Of a stretch of DNA of 64,000 bases, positions 24,383-35,400 are shown piece by piece. The position numbers and the translations under genes were made by a program. Within the stretch, counting starts at the first letter, position 1; each line of letters opens with the position of its first letter. The DNA comes from Schizochytrium sp. TIO01 (lineage: Eukaryota; Protista; Bigyra: Labyrinthulomycetes): NCBI GenBank assembly GCA_004764695.1, contig SMSO01000014.1, forward strand, positions 4,536,845-4,600,844, written 5' to 3'. The notes under the pieces were generated by a model, which was not told the DNA's origin, ran no database searches, and was given only the letters and a program-made list of their open reading frames with translations.

Positions 24383-25506
24383 ATCAGACTGTTGTCAAAT
24401 AAAATGTGTCCAGCAAAGTCAATCAAGAGTAGCTGCTTCCAGAAAATTTGGTGGTCGAGCAGGCAAACTGTTATATCGTGTCTGTATGACTCGTATCTCC
24501 TCGAAACTAATTGAAATCAGCTCTGGCGGTTGCTATATTAATGATCAAAGCCCCCCCCCCCCTCACTATCAGGGCATACAAAAAAACATGCTCCCGGCAT
24601 CCTATTTGTATTGTAAAGCATTTGTATTGTAAAGCTCGGGGTTCTTGTATGCTCTAGGTTCGCACTCGGGCAAAGCACTATTTTCCCTCCTAGTCCTCCT
24701 CAACAGCAGCTAAAGAGCCAACAAGCTATAGACCAAAACTAGCCTAGCCTACATCTTCTTTGGTTCCTTTTCATTAAACCCCGAGTTGCCTATCTAGCTA
24801 GGCATGCACGCAGGTTCCTAAGGTCGCTTGTTCTGCTTCAAAGCCCCACACAGAGGCTATGCCACGCCTCGAGTCACGATCTGCTTCTCTTCTGTCTCGA
24901 GCTACGACGATCACAATCACAAATATTACGCTCTCAAGATAAACAAACCAATTCATTCTATTTAAAATAATTATTTTATCCACATACTACATTTATTCTA
25001 CCTAATACTAACTTTAAAATAAATTAAAATAAAATAAATAAATAAATAAATAAATAAGATAAATAAATACTCTTACGATCATATACGATAGTGTATCATA
25101 TACACATACACACATATACGCATAATATGATCAATAATTTAATTTCTCTTCGAATTAGGACTTTGGTGATTCAGTCCCTTTCCATGCACGACGAATGCAT
25201 CAGCATTCCTCAAACGCATTGCAGAGCCGCGGATACGAAGTCCACGGCTGTCCGGAGACCCCTCGTGGCGAGCGGAGCGACGAACGAACTGAAGGTCAGG
25301 CAGTCACTGAGTCGTCTGCGAATCGCTGAGATGACGGAGGCCCAAACGCGGTTCGCGATTGACGTCGATTGAGTGAGGATTTCAAATTGCGGAAAGAAAT
25401 TCAAACCATCGTTGGGCCCCAAAGCCGCTTCTTCTCTCGATTCGAGGACAACGACAGCGCCGCCTCGAGGACGGCCTCTCTCCAGGCGTTGGCGGCGGTG
25501 CGCTGG

Positions 25507-25509
<3 letters not shown>

Positions 25510-25546
<37 letters not shown>
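25510..25546. repeat. (CT)n microsatellite inside a GC-rich block
   Basis: Directly visible. Confidence 0.9.
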
Positions 25547-25548
<2 letters not shown>

Positions 25549-25962
25549 CGCTGGCGGCGGCGGCGGCGAGGCCCTTCTTCGCAGGTTATAGTCGCCGGAA
25601 AGGACCGCGAGAACGCCCTCCGCCTCGAGAACGGCAACGGCGACGCCGCGAGCGACGGCGACCCCTGCGCCGGCATCGACACAGCTGCTGCCGCCGGAGC
25701 GAAGAGGAGGAGGCCTCGAGCAGGCGCCCTTGGCTCCAGGTCGCCCCGAAAGCGACTCGAACCTCGCTGGAGCGGGCGGGCGAGAGCCTTCGAGGTCTTC
25801 TTCGCCGCCAGCGCAGTGGAGCCCCGCGGGTTCGGGTTCCTGGCCGACCCGGTTGGACACAAAGCTACAGCAGACACAAAAGCTACAGCGCTACAGCTGC
25901 TTTGAGTCCGGCTACCTCGGCTCCGCCGCCGCCTCCGCAGTGAGGAAGCCGCTTCCGCTTAA

Positions 25963-25993
<31 letters not shown>

Positions 25994-28127
25994 CCGTTGC
26001 CGTCGCCGCGGTCGCCGTCGGCGGCGGCGTTGCCGTCCTCGGCGGCGTACACGGACTCCTCCGGAGCTTGAGCGCCGGCTCGCGGCAGACTTGACAGAGG
26101 CGCTCGTGGACTTCGTCAGCTCGTCTTCAACTGATTCTTGAGATCGGAGTCGAAGTCGAGGTCGAAGTCGAAGTCGAAGTCGAAGAAGCTGAGCGTGGCT
26201 GCCTTTGCGGAGCCAAAGTTCCCGTGGAACTGCCAGAAGAAGTCGGTCTGCCGCTCACTGCACGTGCAGGCCGCAGCCGTTTGGTAGCTCGCTAGCTAGC
26301 TAGCTCGTACCCACACGTGCCCGCCAAGACGGCGGCGGCGGCCTTCGCGGCGCTCTTCCCGTGGCCGTCTGGAGGCTTCGAGACCTCCTCCGGAGCGTTC
26401 GCTTGCCGCGGCTGGGATGCCGCAGAGCGAGCGGCAAGCAAGCAAGCAAGCAGCCAGCGAGCGAGCAGGTGCAGGTGGGCCAGACTGGCTGCCTCTTTTG
26501 GGATGGGGATCACCGCCATGGACATCGCTCGATCGACGCGGTGTTTGTTTGGGGTCTATCCTCGTATCGTCTGAGGCCTCTCGAGCCAACCCCAAGCTGC
26601 TCTGAACGCTCTGAATCGCCGCCGCAGTCCGTGCCATTTTGTGCGCATGGCTGTGAAGATCTTGATGATCATGAATGACTATGAATGAACGAATGAATGA
26701 ATGAATGACTCGGAATGAATGAATGGAGAGACGAATGGAGGAAGGGATGACGGCGGTATTGGATTGATCGTGGCGGGTTTGTGGAAACTGATTGAAAGGG
26801 ACGAAGTAGTTGGAGTGAGGACAGGGAAACGGTGCATTCTAGTTTCTTGAAGACTTGTTCGTTTGTTTGTTTATTGGTTTCGATGCAGTATGAATAATCT
26901 TTGTTATGAGAGAATAAGAGGCTCTGCTTCTTCTTCTTTCTTCCTTCTTTCAAGGAAAGGAAAATCAAGGTAAAAAACAACAACAAATCATTACTTCCTA
27001 CTCGATCCAGGCCTGAAAGTTCACGGCTCTTGCAAAATCTCGCTCGAGCTCGTTCTAGTCTGCCTGCAGGCTATTTCGCGTGCATCCTCTACGAGCAGTG
27101 CTCAATTCAGACACTCCAGAGGCTTAGTTTCAACCGTCGATGCTCGAGTATCCGTGCGATGGTAGACTGCGCTTTTTGCCACTTCTGCCATTTTTGCCAT
27201 TTTTGCCAACTTGATTCTTCTTCTACAATTTAATAAAGCTCTAAAAGCCTTTTACTTTCTTTTCTTTTAAATAATATGTATATCAGAAGATAGTAAGTAG
27301 AAACGAGAGAATGTAAGTTAGTTAGGAGGGCCATATACCGTATTTGATAGCACTTTAAATTGGCGTCTGAGCGACTGAACTCTAATGAGCTGTCGTTGCA
27401 TTTGGCAGTGCAGCTCAGCAAAGAGAACCAACCAACTCAGGTTCCTCTTCGCCATTTCTGTCGTTCCTGCTCATGTAACTCAGACTCACCATCGTCTGTG
27501 AGAAGGTCGACTTGCTTTTCTCGAGCCGAGGGCCTTCTTCGTCTTCTTCGTCTTCTTCGCTTTGGTTTGGTTTGGTTTTCGCGCTTCAAGTTATTTATTT
27601 CCTTTGCTCCTCTTTCTCCTTCTTACGAGGCCTAATCAAGTTTTCTTTTAGTTTTTTTTTTTAATATTTTTTTTTAAGTTTAAGAGATTGGCTTTGGTTT
27701 CTCGAGAACCCCTGCTACTTGAAACTATAGGAGCTCATAGTTCTCTCTTTTGTTCGTTTTACTGCTACCAAGTCAAGGGTAATCGTCGCTAAGAACTCTT
27801 AAGATTTTTTGTGGTTCTTTTTATTTTTATTTTTTCAATGTAGGATGAAAGTATCATAGTATGATAGTAGAAACAAAGCGTTTTTTAACTTTAAAATAAA
27901 AAAGAAAGTGAATAAAGTGAGTCTTTTGTCTTTGGGCTCGTGCCTCAACTTGCGCCGAGTCGAGCCCTCTAAATGAGATCAAACTCGAATGGCTTGCGCC
28001 GAGGAGAGCTTGAACGTTGAACTTTTTTGGGGGGGAGGGGGGGCGCTTAAACGCGCAGATTCACGACGAGGAGGCGTGTTTGAGGGGCTCCGCCTGGTAG
28101 ACGCGGACCTCCAGCAACGCATCTAAG

Positions 28128-30223
28128 ATGGCGCTCAGGGGTGAAGCCACATCGAGGCCCAAGGTGTTGAACTTGTTGGCCCTTATTATGCTGACGCTCG
28201 CCTCGCTCGAGAAGGCTGAAGCAGAATGTACGATAGATGGAAAGGAAGTTAAAGGGGGCTTCAGAGGGCCGAGGAACGCCGAAACTTATTCATGCACAGG
28301 TCTCACCAGCTTCCCTTCGGGTTTGGAATACATGAAGGACCTTGAAGAACTGTAAGTATTATTGCTGAGAACAAAATGCCCATTTTGCACGCATCTCGTT
28401 GATCTTTGCGCATGCACGCATGTACTGCATATTGCATACATGGACCGCAGGCATGAAATATGAATGCATCTTTCTGCATGCATAAATGGATACATGATGC
28501 ATTCTTTGGCTTCCCTCGCCTGAATGTCTGATGAGTTACAACAGGTTATAACCCGTGAAAATGTGCATAGAATGCACGTATGAACATGAAATCAGGCCTG
28601 CATGGGTAGGAAATGAGGGACTAATGGTACCACAACTGTTTATTTCTGCACAACAGAATTCTTGTTGAAGGCTCAATTTCGTACATCCCTTCAAGTATCA
28701 GCTCACTGAGTAATCTAAAGCTCCTGTAAGTATAAACAGAGTATGAATCGAGTTAGCTCATACTGTGTCAATTGTGACTAACAACCATGTGGAATCTAAT
28801 CATCAATGCATACAGAAACCTCACATCAAACAAAATATCATCTGTTCCATCGAGTATTAGCGCCCTGACAGATCTTGAATCCCTGTAAGTACAACCCGCA
28901 TCCTGATATACACGAATGGCATGGTTTTATTTGTGTCTAACAATGTCAACCACATTTGATTTATCACGTTCACATAACGCAGTCTTTTGGGCTCAAACCA
29001 GTTTTCTACTTTCCCTTCCTCCATTTTCAACCTTCCTGACCTTGAAGAATTGTACGTTGAATAAGAACTCACCACCGCGTATCATGGAGTGACTAACAGA
29101 AGAGTTTACTGTTGCTTCTCTTGCCAATGAAACAGAAACCTCGGAAACAACAAGCTTTCTTCGCTCCCAACTAACGTTGGCGCTCTTTCTGAGCTGGAAT
29201 ACTTGTAAGTTACTTAGGATGTATTTTACACATACCTTTTATTTGGTCACTGACGCGACTTTGGTTTGCTTGATCTCAGGGGGGTCTCTGGAAACGACCT
29301 AACAAGTCTTCCGTCCAGTATTGGCAAACTTGAAGAATTAGAGTCACTGTAGGTTATTTGCTCAACACACACTGTCTTTCTGGCAAGGATTATTCATAGC
29401 ACCGCGATGAGTAGTGAACTGACCTTGGTCTTTAATGTTGCTCTCTAATACACTCAAATTAACAGGGACCTGTCGTCGAATGCGCTCACATCGCTCCCAG
29501 CCAGCATGAGCCAGCTCACAAACCTAGAATACCTGTAAGTCTGATGCTTATGTTTTGCACTTGCGCTGCAAAACAATGACCATTGTACAAAATGTACATG
29601 CAAGTTGACTAACTGAATTATGCTACCTACCAAATAGTGATGTAAGCGGAAACTCGCTTTGTGGCTCTCAACCAGATCTTTCGTTCGTGGATGAGCTGAC
29701 TGGCATGCCACCCTCTACCTCTCTTTCTGATTGTGCTTCTTCAACTCCACGTCCGACTTATTACTGGCAGACGTCGTCTGCATCCCCGACCTCCAAGCCC
29801 ACAACCTCTTCCGTGGATGCTGATCATGGCTCATACTACAACAATGACGATGACGACCACATGAGTACATCTTCAATGATTGGTGCAGTCGTAGCTGTTG
29901 TTGTCGTTGTTGGATTGATTTTTGGAATCTGCCTGTTGTGCAGATTAGGCTGCTGCGGCTGTTGCCGCCGCCAAGAGCCTGAACAAGAGGATGTCACAAA
30001 ACTACCAACAGCGATACCTAACCATACGCCTAGCTACGCGCATGGCTCTCCACCCGAAGTCGGAATTATGATGTCAACTATCCCTACCGCGACCCCGACA
30101 CATGAAACCGTCTTCCCAACACCAGCAACTTCCTCGCAATTGGTTTTCGCAGAGGTGGTCTACAACGACGAAGACAATCAACATTTAGGGCAACAAAATA
30201 ATCAAGCAGTCACACGCCTTTAG
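28128..30223 (+). CDS. Single-pass LRR receptor-like protein (gene LRR-3), 8 exons, 407 aa
   Basis: Exons 28128-28351 (signal peptide + Cys N-cap), six 69-nt one-LRR exons 28657-28725, 28816-28884, 28983-29051, 29136-29204, 29280-29348, 29466-29534 (e.g. NLGNNKLSSLPTNVGALSELEYL, DLSSNALTSLPASMSQLTNLEYL), and 29638-30223 (C-cap GNSLCGSQPDLS..GMP, S/T stalk, TM IGAVVAVVVVVGLIFGICLL, Cys cluster, tail). All introns GT-AG, phase 2; total 1224 nt, open frame. Confidence 0.93.
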
Positions 30224-30814
30224 AGAAAGGTTCTTTGTTTCGGAGTTTGGTAGGTGTTAGGAGGTCTTCAGAGAGAATTACCTTCTTTTTTTTTCGTAGC
30301 ACTGGGCGTGTAAAAAATGGTGCAAACATTCATGAGAATTTAGTTTTCTTCTAGGACATCATTTGTTTTGTAACACAGAAAACCAAATTTCCAGACAAGC
30401 AAAAACAAAGATACGTTGCTCTAGCGCAGAGAAGGTGGTGAGTAAACTCGGCGTTTTCCAGAAACCTAGGAGGTTCCCTTCAAGATGATTGAAAAGAGCC
30501 ACAAAAAGGTCAACTGCCAAACTTTGAACTTCTTTTGTGAAGGTCGTTTTGGTGCAGCTCTGCAATTCCAAGAAAGTTTCGGTTTTTCATACACATACAC
30601 ATTTGTAACAAAAAAAAGTAAAAAAAAATTACAATCATCGTTTGGTTTTTCGTTTGTTCTACAACTCTCAACAATGTTGAAGGTAGCTAAAAAACAATTA
30701 GGTGTAGGAATGGATTCCATGAATCATGCATGCCCTGGGATTGTTTTCATTTATCAATGGATGGATGATAACTAGAGAACTCTATTTCAACTGTTTGCTC
30801 TTGCTATACACGCA

Positions 30815-32443
30815 TCACGTCAAATAGTCGTAGTCCAGCATGAACGAGGAGTTTTGAAGCGCAGAATGAATCATTATATTCCACAATGAATTTTGATGTT
30901 CACGCTGCACTTTGTTTGCATCTCCGAGGGAATTTGTATGAAGCAGCAGGGAACTTACTGTTGGCAAAGGAGGCAGCTGCGGAGATCTGGCACGGTTTAT
31001 TATAGCTACAATAGTCTCTAAGCTGTCTTTTAGGTTCTCTGTATGACCAATAATATCAACAGTTGGTAGCTTTTGCCGTTCAGGGTCGAGAAACCAAGTA
31101 GGAACCTGAGGGTAGATGTGATCAGCGGAACACCCACCACCACCCCAAGATTCCCTGTCTTGAGGGTTCAGCAGGAAATTGATGAAATCATCTGAGCCTA
31201 ATTTGCCAATTTTATTGCAATAAAGGAACATTGATCTTGCACGTACGGTTGGGTTCCGTGCAATTGAAAATACAAGGTAATCTTGTAAAATATGAACAGG
31301 TAGATCTTCGGCACGTATGATACGGAAACGTGAAACAGGGCAATCGGCGGCCACTGTAAGGGGAAAAGTACGTGCTTGGCTTTTAAAAATCTTGTGTTTG
31401 CAAGTGCTAGTAGGTTGCTTGAACACGGGAATATTATAGCCTTTCGTGCTGCATGTGCCTATTTTTATTTGCGCTGCATTTGATGAAAGATCACTTATTG
31501 TTGCACAGCCCTTTGAAGGGCTGTGCACAAAGTAGGCGTGCTTCCGATGAAAGGCTACTCGCGAACATTTTGAGACGGGTTCTTCCCGTGTTGGAATATT
31601 AGTTGAGTCTCCCAATAGTATATCAACGCTGATATCATCTTCTGCTGATTCAAATCCCTCTATTGATTCAACACAGCCAGTGACATGAGCTTTACAGTCT
31701 TGTGGAGCTGGGCATATAGCACGATGAAAGTATGAGTTAAGAACGCTAGTACCAGCGTTCTTTGCAACCTTGATAAAAACCATACGGTAATCATCACTAA
31801 CCATTGCAACCAAATTCTTGACGTTCTTCCTCCAAAGGGCCCAGGATTCATTGTACTGATTGCTGGTCATATTCCAAGATTTATTGAGAAGCCAAACTCG
31901 TGGGTTGCTTTTAGCTTTAGATGATGTAGATGATGTAGATGATCCAAGACTTGATTCAGCTGTAGGGAGCTCTATCAAGTTCTCCTCAGCATCAACAGGC
32001 AACTCGTGTTGATCTGTACCTTCGTTCAATGCATGCAAATAAAGTTTTTCCAAATTGTCATCACCAGGCAAAATAGTAATTTCTCCATCTGGATAAGCTG
32101 CGATGAATGTTGGTTGTTGCCTTGCTATTTCAGTTCTGGTGCTCTCCAGAAAGCGAGCTACCGGGAGAATACCTTTTTTGTCAACATATCCTCTCTGTTG
32201 ATAGAAGGATTCAAGATTGTCAATCAGATCAACATAGGAGTTTTTCCCGGAGATGTTGTAAGGTACACAGACGTCACGCACCTGAAACTCCACACTCGGC
32301 AGGTTATTAAGATTTACGGTTAACTTCGTCCCAGTCCAAAGCCGTCCAAGACAATCCTTAGCAGTTTCTTGGTCTTCTTGAGACGCTAAGCAGCCCACCA
32401 GCAAGCTCAGAAGGACAAATACGAGCATCCTTGAGACACGCAT
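30815..32443 (-). CDS. Secretory-pathway sulfotransferase (Sulfotransfer_2 / carbohydrate sulfotransferase-like)
   Basis: Probable start MRVSRMLVFVLLSLLVGCLA at 32443; 5'-PSB-like FIKVAKNAGTSV, 3'-PB-like FSIARNPTVRARSMF, DHIYPQ, DIIGHTENL. Confidence 0.8.
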   Translation of the reverse strand: MRVSRMLVFVLLSLLVGCLASQEDQETAKDCLGRLWTGTKLTVNLNNLPSVEFQVRDVCVPYNISGKNSYVDLIDNLESFYQQRGYVDKKGILPVARFLESTRTEIARQQPTFIAAYPDGEITILPGDDNLEKLYLHALNEGTDQHELPVDAEENLIELPTAESSLGSSTSSTSSKAKSNPRVWLLNKSWNMTSNQYNESWALWRKNVKNLVAMVSDDYRMVFIKVAKNAGTSVLNSYFHRAICPAPQDCKAHVTGCVESIEGFESAEDDISVDILLGDSTNIPTREEPVSKCSRVAFHRKHAYFVHSPSKGCATISDLSSNAAQIKIGTCSTKGYNIPVFKQPTSTCKHKIFKSQARTFPLTVAADCPVSRFRIIRAEDLPVHILQDYLVFSIARNPTVRARSMFLYCNKIGKLGSDDFINFLLNPQDRESWGGGGCSADHIYPQVPTWFLDPERQKLPTVDIIGHTENLKDSLETIVAIINRARSPQLPPLPTVSSLLLHTNSLGDANKVQREHQNSLWNIMIHSALQNSSFMLDYDYLT

Positions 32444-35400
32444 GTATGATGCCAGTCTCTGAAGGCAGGTTAAGCCAGCTTGTTGAGCTGCACCTGGATC
32501 TTGCTTTGACACCAACCTGAGGCCTGTCCTCGAGCTCAAGCAACAGAAAAGGCAAACATAAAAACATCCGCCTGTATTATGCCTACTTAATGATAGGTAT
32601 ATAGTAGTAGTAACTCTGGGGTATATAATCAGAGGTTGGAGCGTGCTAGGACTACCTACCAAGAAATATAGAAACTAAAGACAAAGCTGTAGCTAGGTAC
32701 TAACATACTTTTGCTGGGAAAATCCTTCATTTAAGAACTCAGTACTGTTAGGGTAGGCATTAAGTCCTTCAATGCAGGATTGATACTTAAAGTTTGCCAA
32801 ATAAAGGATTTGAACGAGATGTGAAAGTAAACTCAAACACTGAGGACCATGACATGGGGTCCCATGTCCCAGTATGTTTTTGCCTTTTGTTCTAAAGGTG
32901 ATACAAAAATGCTCCCAGGTAACCAGTTTGTAACAAAGTTATGATCGCTCGTGATCATTTATTGATATTACTGTTATTATTATTAAAATGTACTGTTCTT
33001 AGTCGCTAGAGCTAGTAAAATGAAAAGTCATTCCGTATACACCTTAATTTTACAAAAAGATATAGAGGGAGGCGCAAGGTATAACGATGTCACAAGGAGC
33101 CAAGATAGTTACAAGAAATGAAAGATCACATAAAAGGAAAAACATGAAGAAGGCTTATCATGTCTTGTCAGGCAAAATCTGTGCAGGTGCGAAAGTTTTA
33201 GTTCTCGACAAAGTAATGCTTCGCCATGATTTATGGAAAACATATATTTCTTCCCGTTTTTCGGCACCATGGATCTCTTCTTAAATAGGTAGAGCAAACC
33301 CTTCCTAAATATTAGGTCGCAGTACTTAGAAGTAAAGTTGATGACGCAACATTGAGGGTTCTCGGCCTTTGCAAAAGAGAATCTTGAAAATAATAGATAC
33401 AGAAATAATATAAATGCTTTATATTAAGATAATCAATCTAAAATAAGTCTGCTCACAGCAAGTAAGAAGCGTCAGTGTAAATATTACTTTGGGAATCTAC
33501 ATCATCATCACAGAGTTCTGATTTTCCTCCAAATTTTTGCAGCCAAGCTTAAATTAACTAATAAACCACTCGTAGCAAAGCACAAAACCTGGAATGTATG
33601 TGAAGCCTACGTCATAAGCCAACATGTTAACTCGAGTATCCTATATCTTTCTTTGAAAATCGCTCGGCCTCATTTCCTTTTCTACTTCCTCAAATTCATT
33701 TACGGATCACCCATTTTGAAAGTTGTGTCTGGATAGCTAGAGGCTGACTGGCAAGACAAGTTTTTTGAATAGCTTTGTCTATTTGGGTTGATAGGGTTAG
33801 AGATGTGCTTGACCTCGAAGAAGAATTCAAAGGTGGATTGATTCGTGTTGTGATTAGACGGGACTTACTAAGGCAGAGCTTGATCTGCATTATACAGAAA
33901 CAGAAGATGGGATTAACCCATCTTTCCCACCCTCAAACCAGTTATTTTCGTATACTTATTCAATTGAATATGGCTTTACACTCCCACGTCGTTAACTTCT
34001 TGACTTCATAGCAACGAATCTGATTGTCTACTTCAAACTCTATATCATTGCCAAGTTTAACGGACTTCTAATGCGTGGTTCGCCACGGACTCCATCATTT
34101 ATTTATTCATTTATTTCCGACAAACTTCTTTGGATGGAAGTCTCAGCGACCCTGATCAGGCATTCCATAAAAGATGTTTTGAAACAAAGTTTAACACTGC
34201 TCACTTCATTTTTTATTTTTTTTTTGTGCCATGCCTCGTCCCTTTCAAATAGCACTTCATTGAGAGAATGAAGTGCTACCCATCAAGCCAAATCAGCAAG
34301 CTCTAATGTTTTCAATCTAACAAAAATCATTTTCATTAACACAATGAGGAGCTTGTACCTGTTGACAAACATTCATTTTCTCCTCCACTTCTTTCTTTAA
34401 ACAAAAAACAATAACAAGTGTCCATATTAAGAAAGAAAGCAGACTCGGCATTACGGCACGACTTTGCAAGACTCAAAGGAACACCTTTGCGATACTATTG
34501 AAGCAATATCCAGCTACGTACCGTAATGCTGTGTCTGCTTTCCTTCTCAGTAGTTCACCTCAGGCCATCTATCTTGTTCTTCGTGATTCATCCCGCACGC
34601 AACCATCTACTGAAAATCCGGTGCCTTTTGTGGCTCAGTTTATGTTGGTCGCAGTTGAAATTCAAACAACAAGTTAGAAACAACGCACGAATTGGGTGAT
34701 CTACAAAGACGCGAAATATTTCCTACCGAAATGTGAAGAAGGACAAGTTGACCTAAGACCTAGGTTTGGCCCAAAACTATAGTCCTCGTTGATCGAACCT
34801 CTACCAGAGTGGAGCCTAGGTCACTGCCCTTAACTAAATAATTACAGCTAAGCCATGCACATAAGTAAATTGCAATCTGTGGAGCATTAAATTTGGCAAA
34901 CGCTAAGTTTTTAAGATGATACCACATCCCAAGTTTTAATACTTGCTCAGAGAAAGCCAAGAAGAGCGAAGATGATCTCATCGCTTATTCGGTATTGCAA
35001 ACTGTCAGCACCCACATGATGCCAGAAATTGCCAACAAATACCGATGCACTTAAAAAAATAAAGAGAAGAAGACAAGAGACCTGACATAAAACTTTTTGC
35101 TTTACGTGAGCAGGGTTTCTACAGAATTTTTAGTTATTTACCTGAAATGGCCAAGATGTGAAAAAAAGTGGTACAAGCGCGCAGTGTTTTGGTATTCGCT
35201 TTACATGACAAAAGATGCAGCTATGCGTCACACAATTTTGGCTATGTTCTCAATTAATTGAAACCGATAAACTTGACGCAAGAAGAGCGTAAGGCAGTGA
35301 ATCATATGTAGGGAAATATCACTGTTTTACATTCCGAGAAAGTCACATCACCTCCCAAACCTGCTCGTGTCTTTTTCGATTGCAAGTAGTGCTTCAGTAG

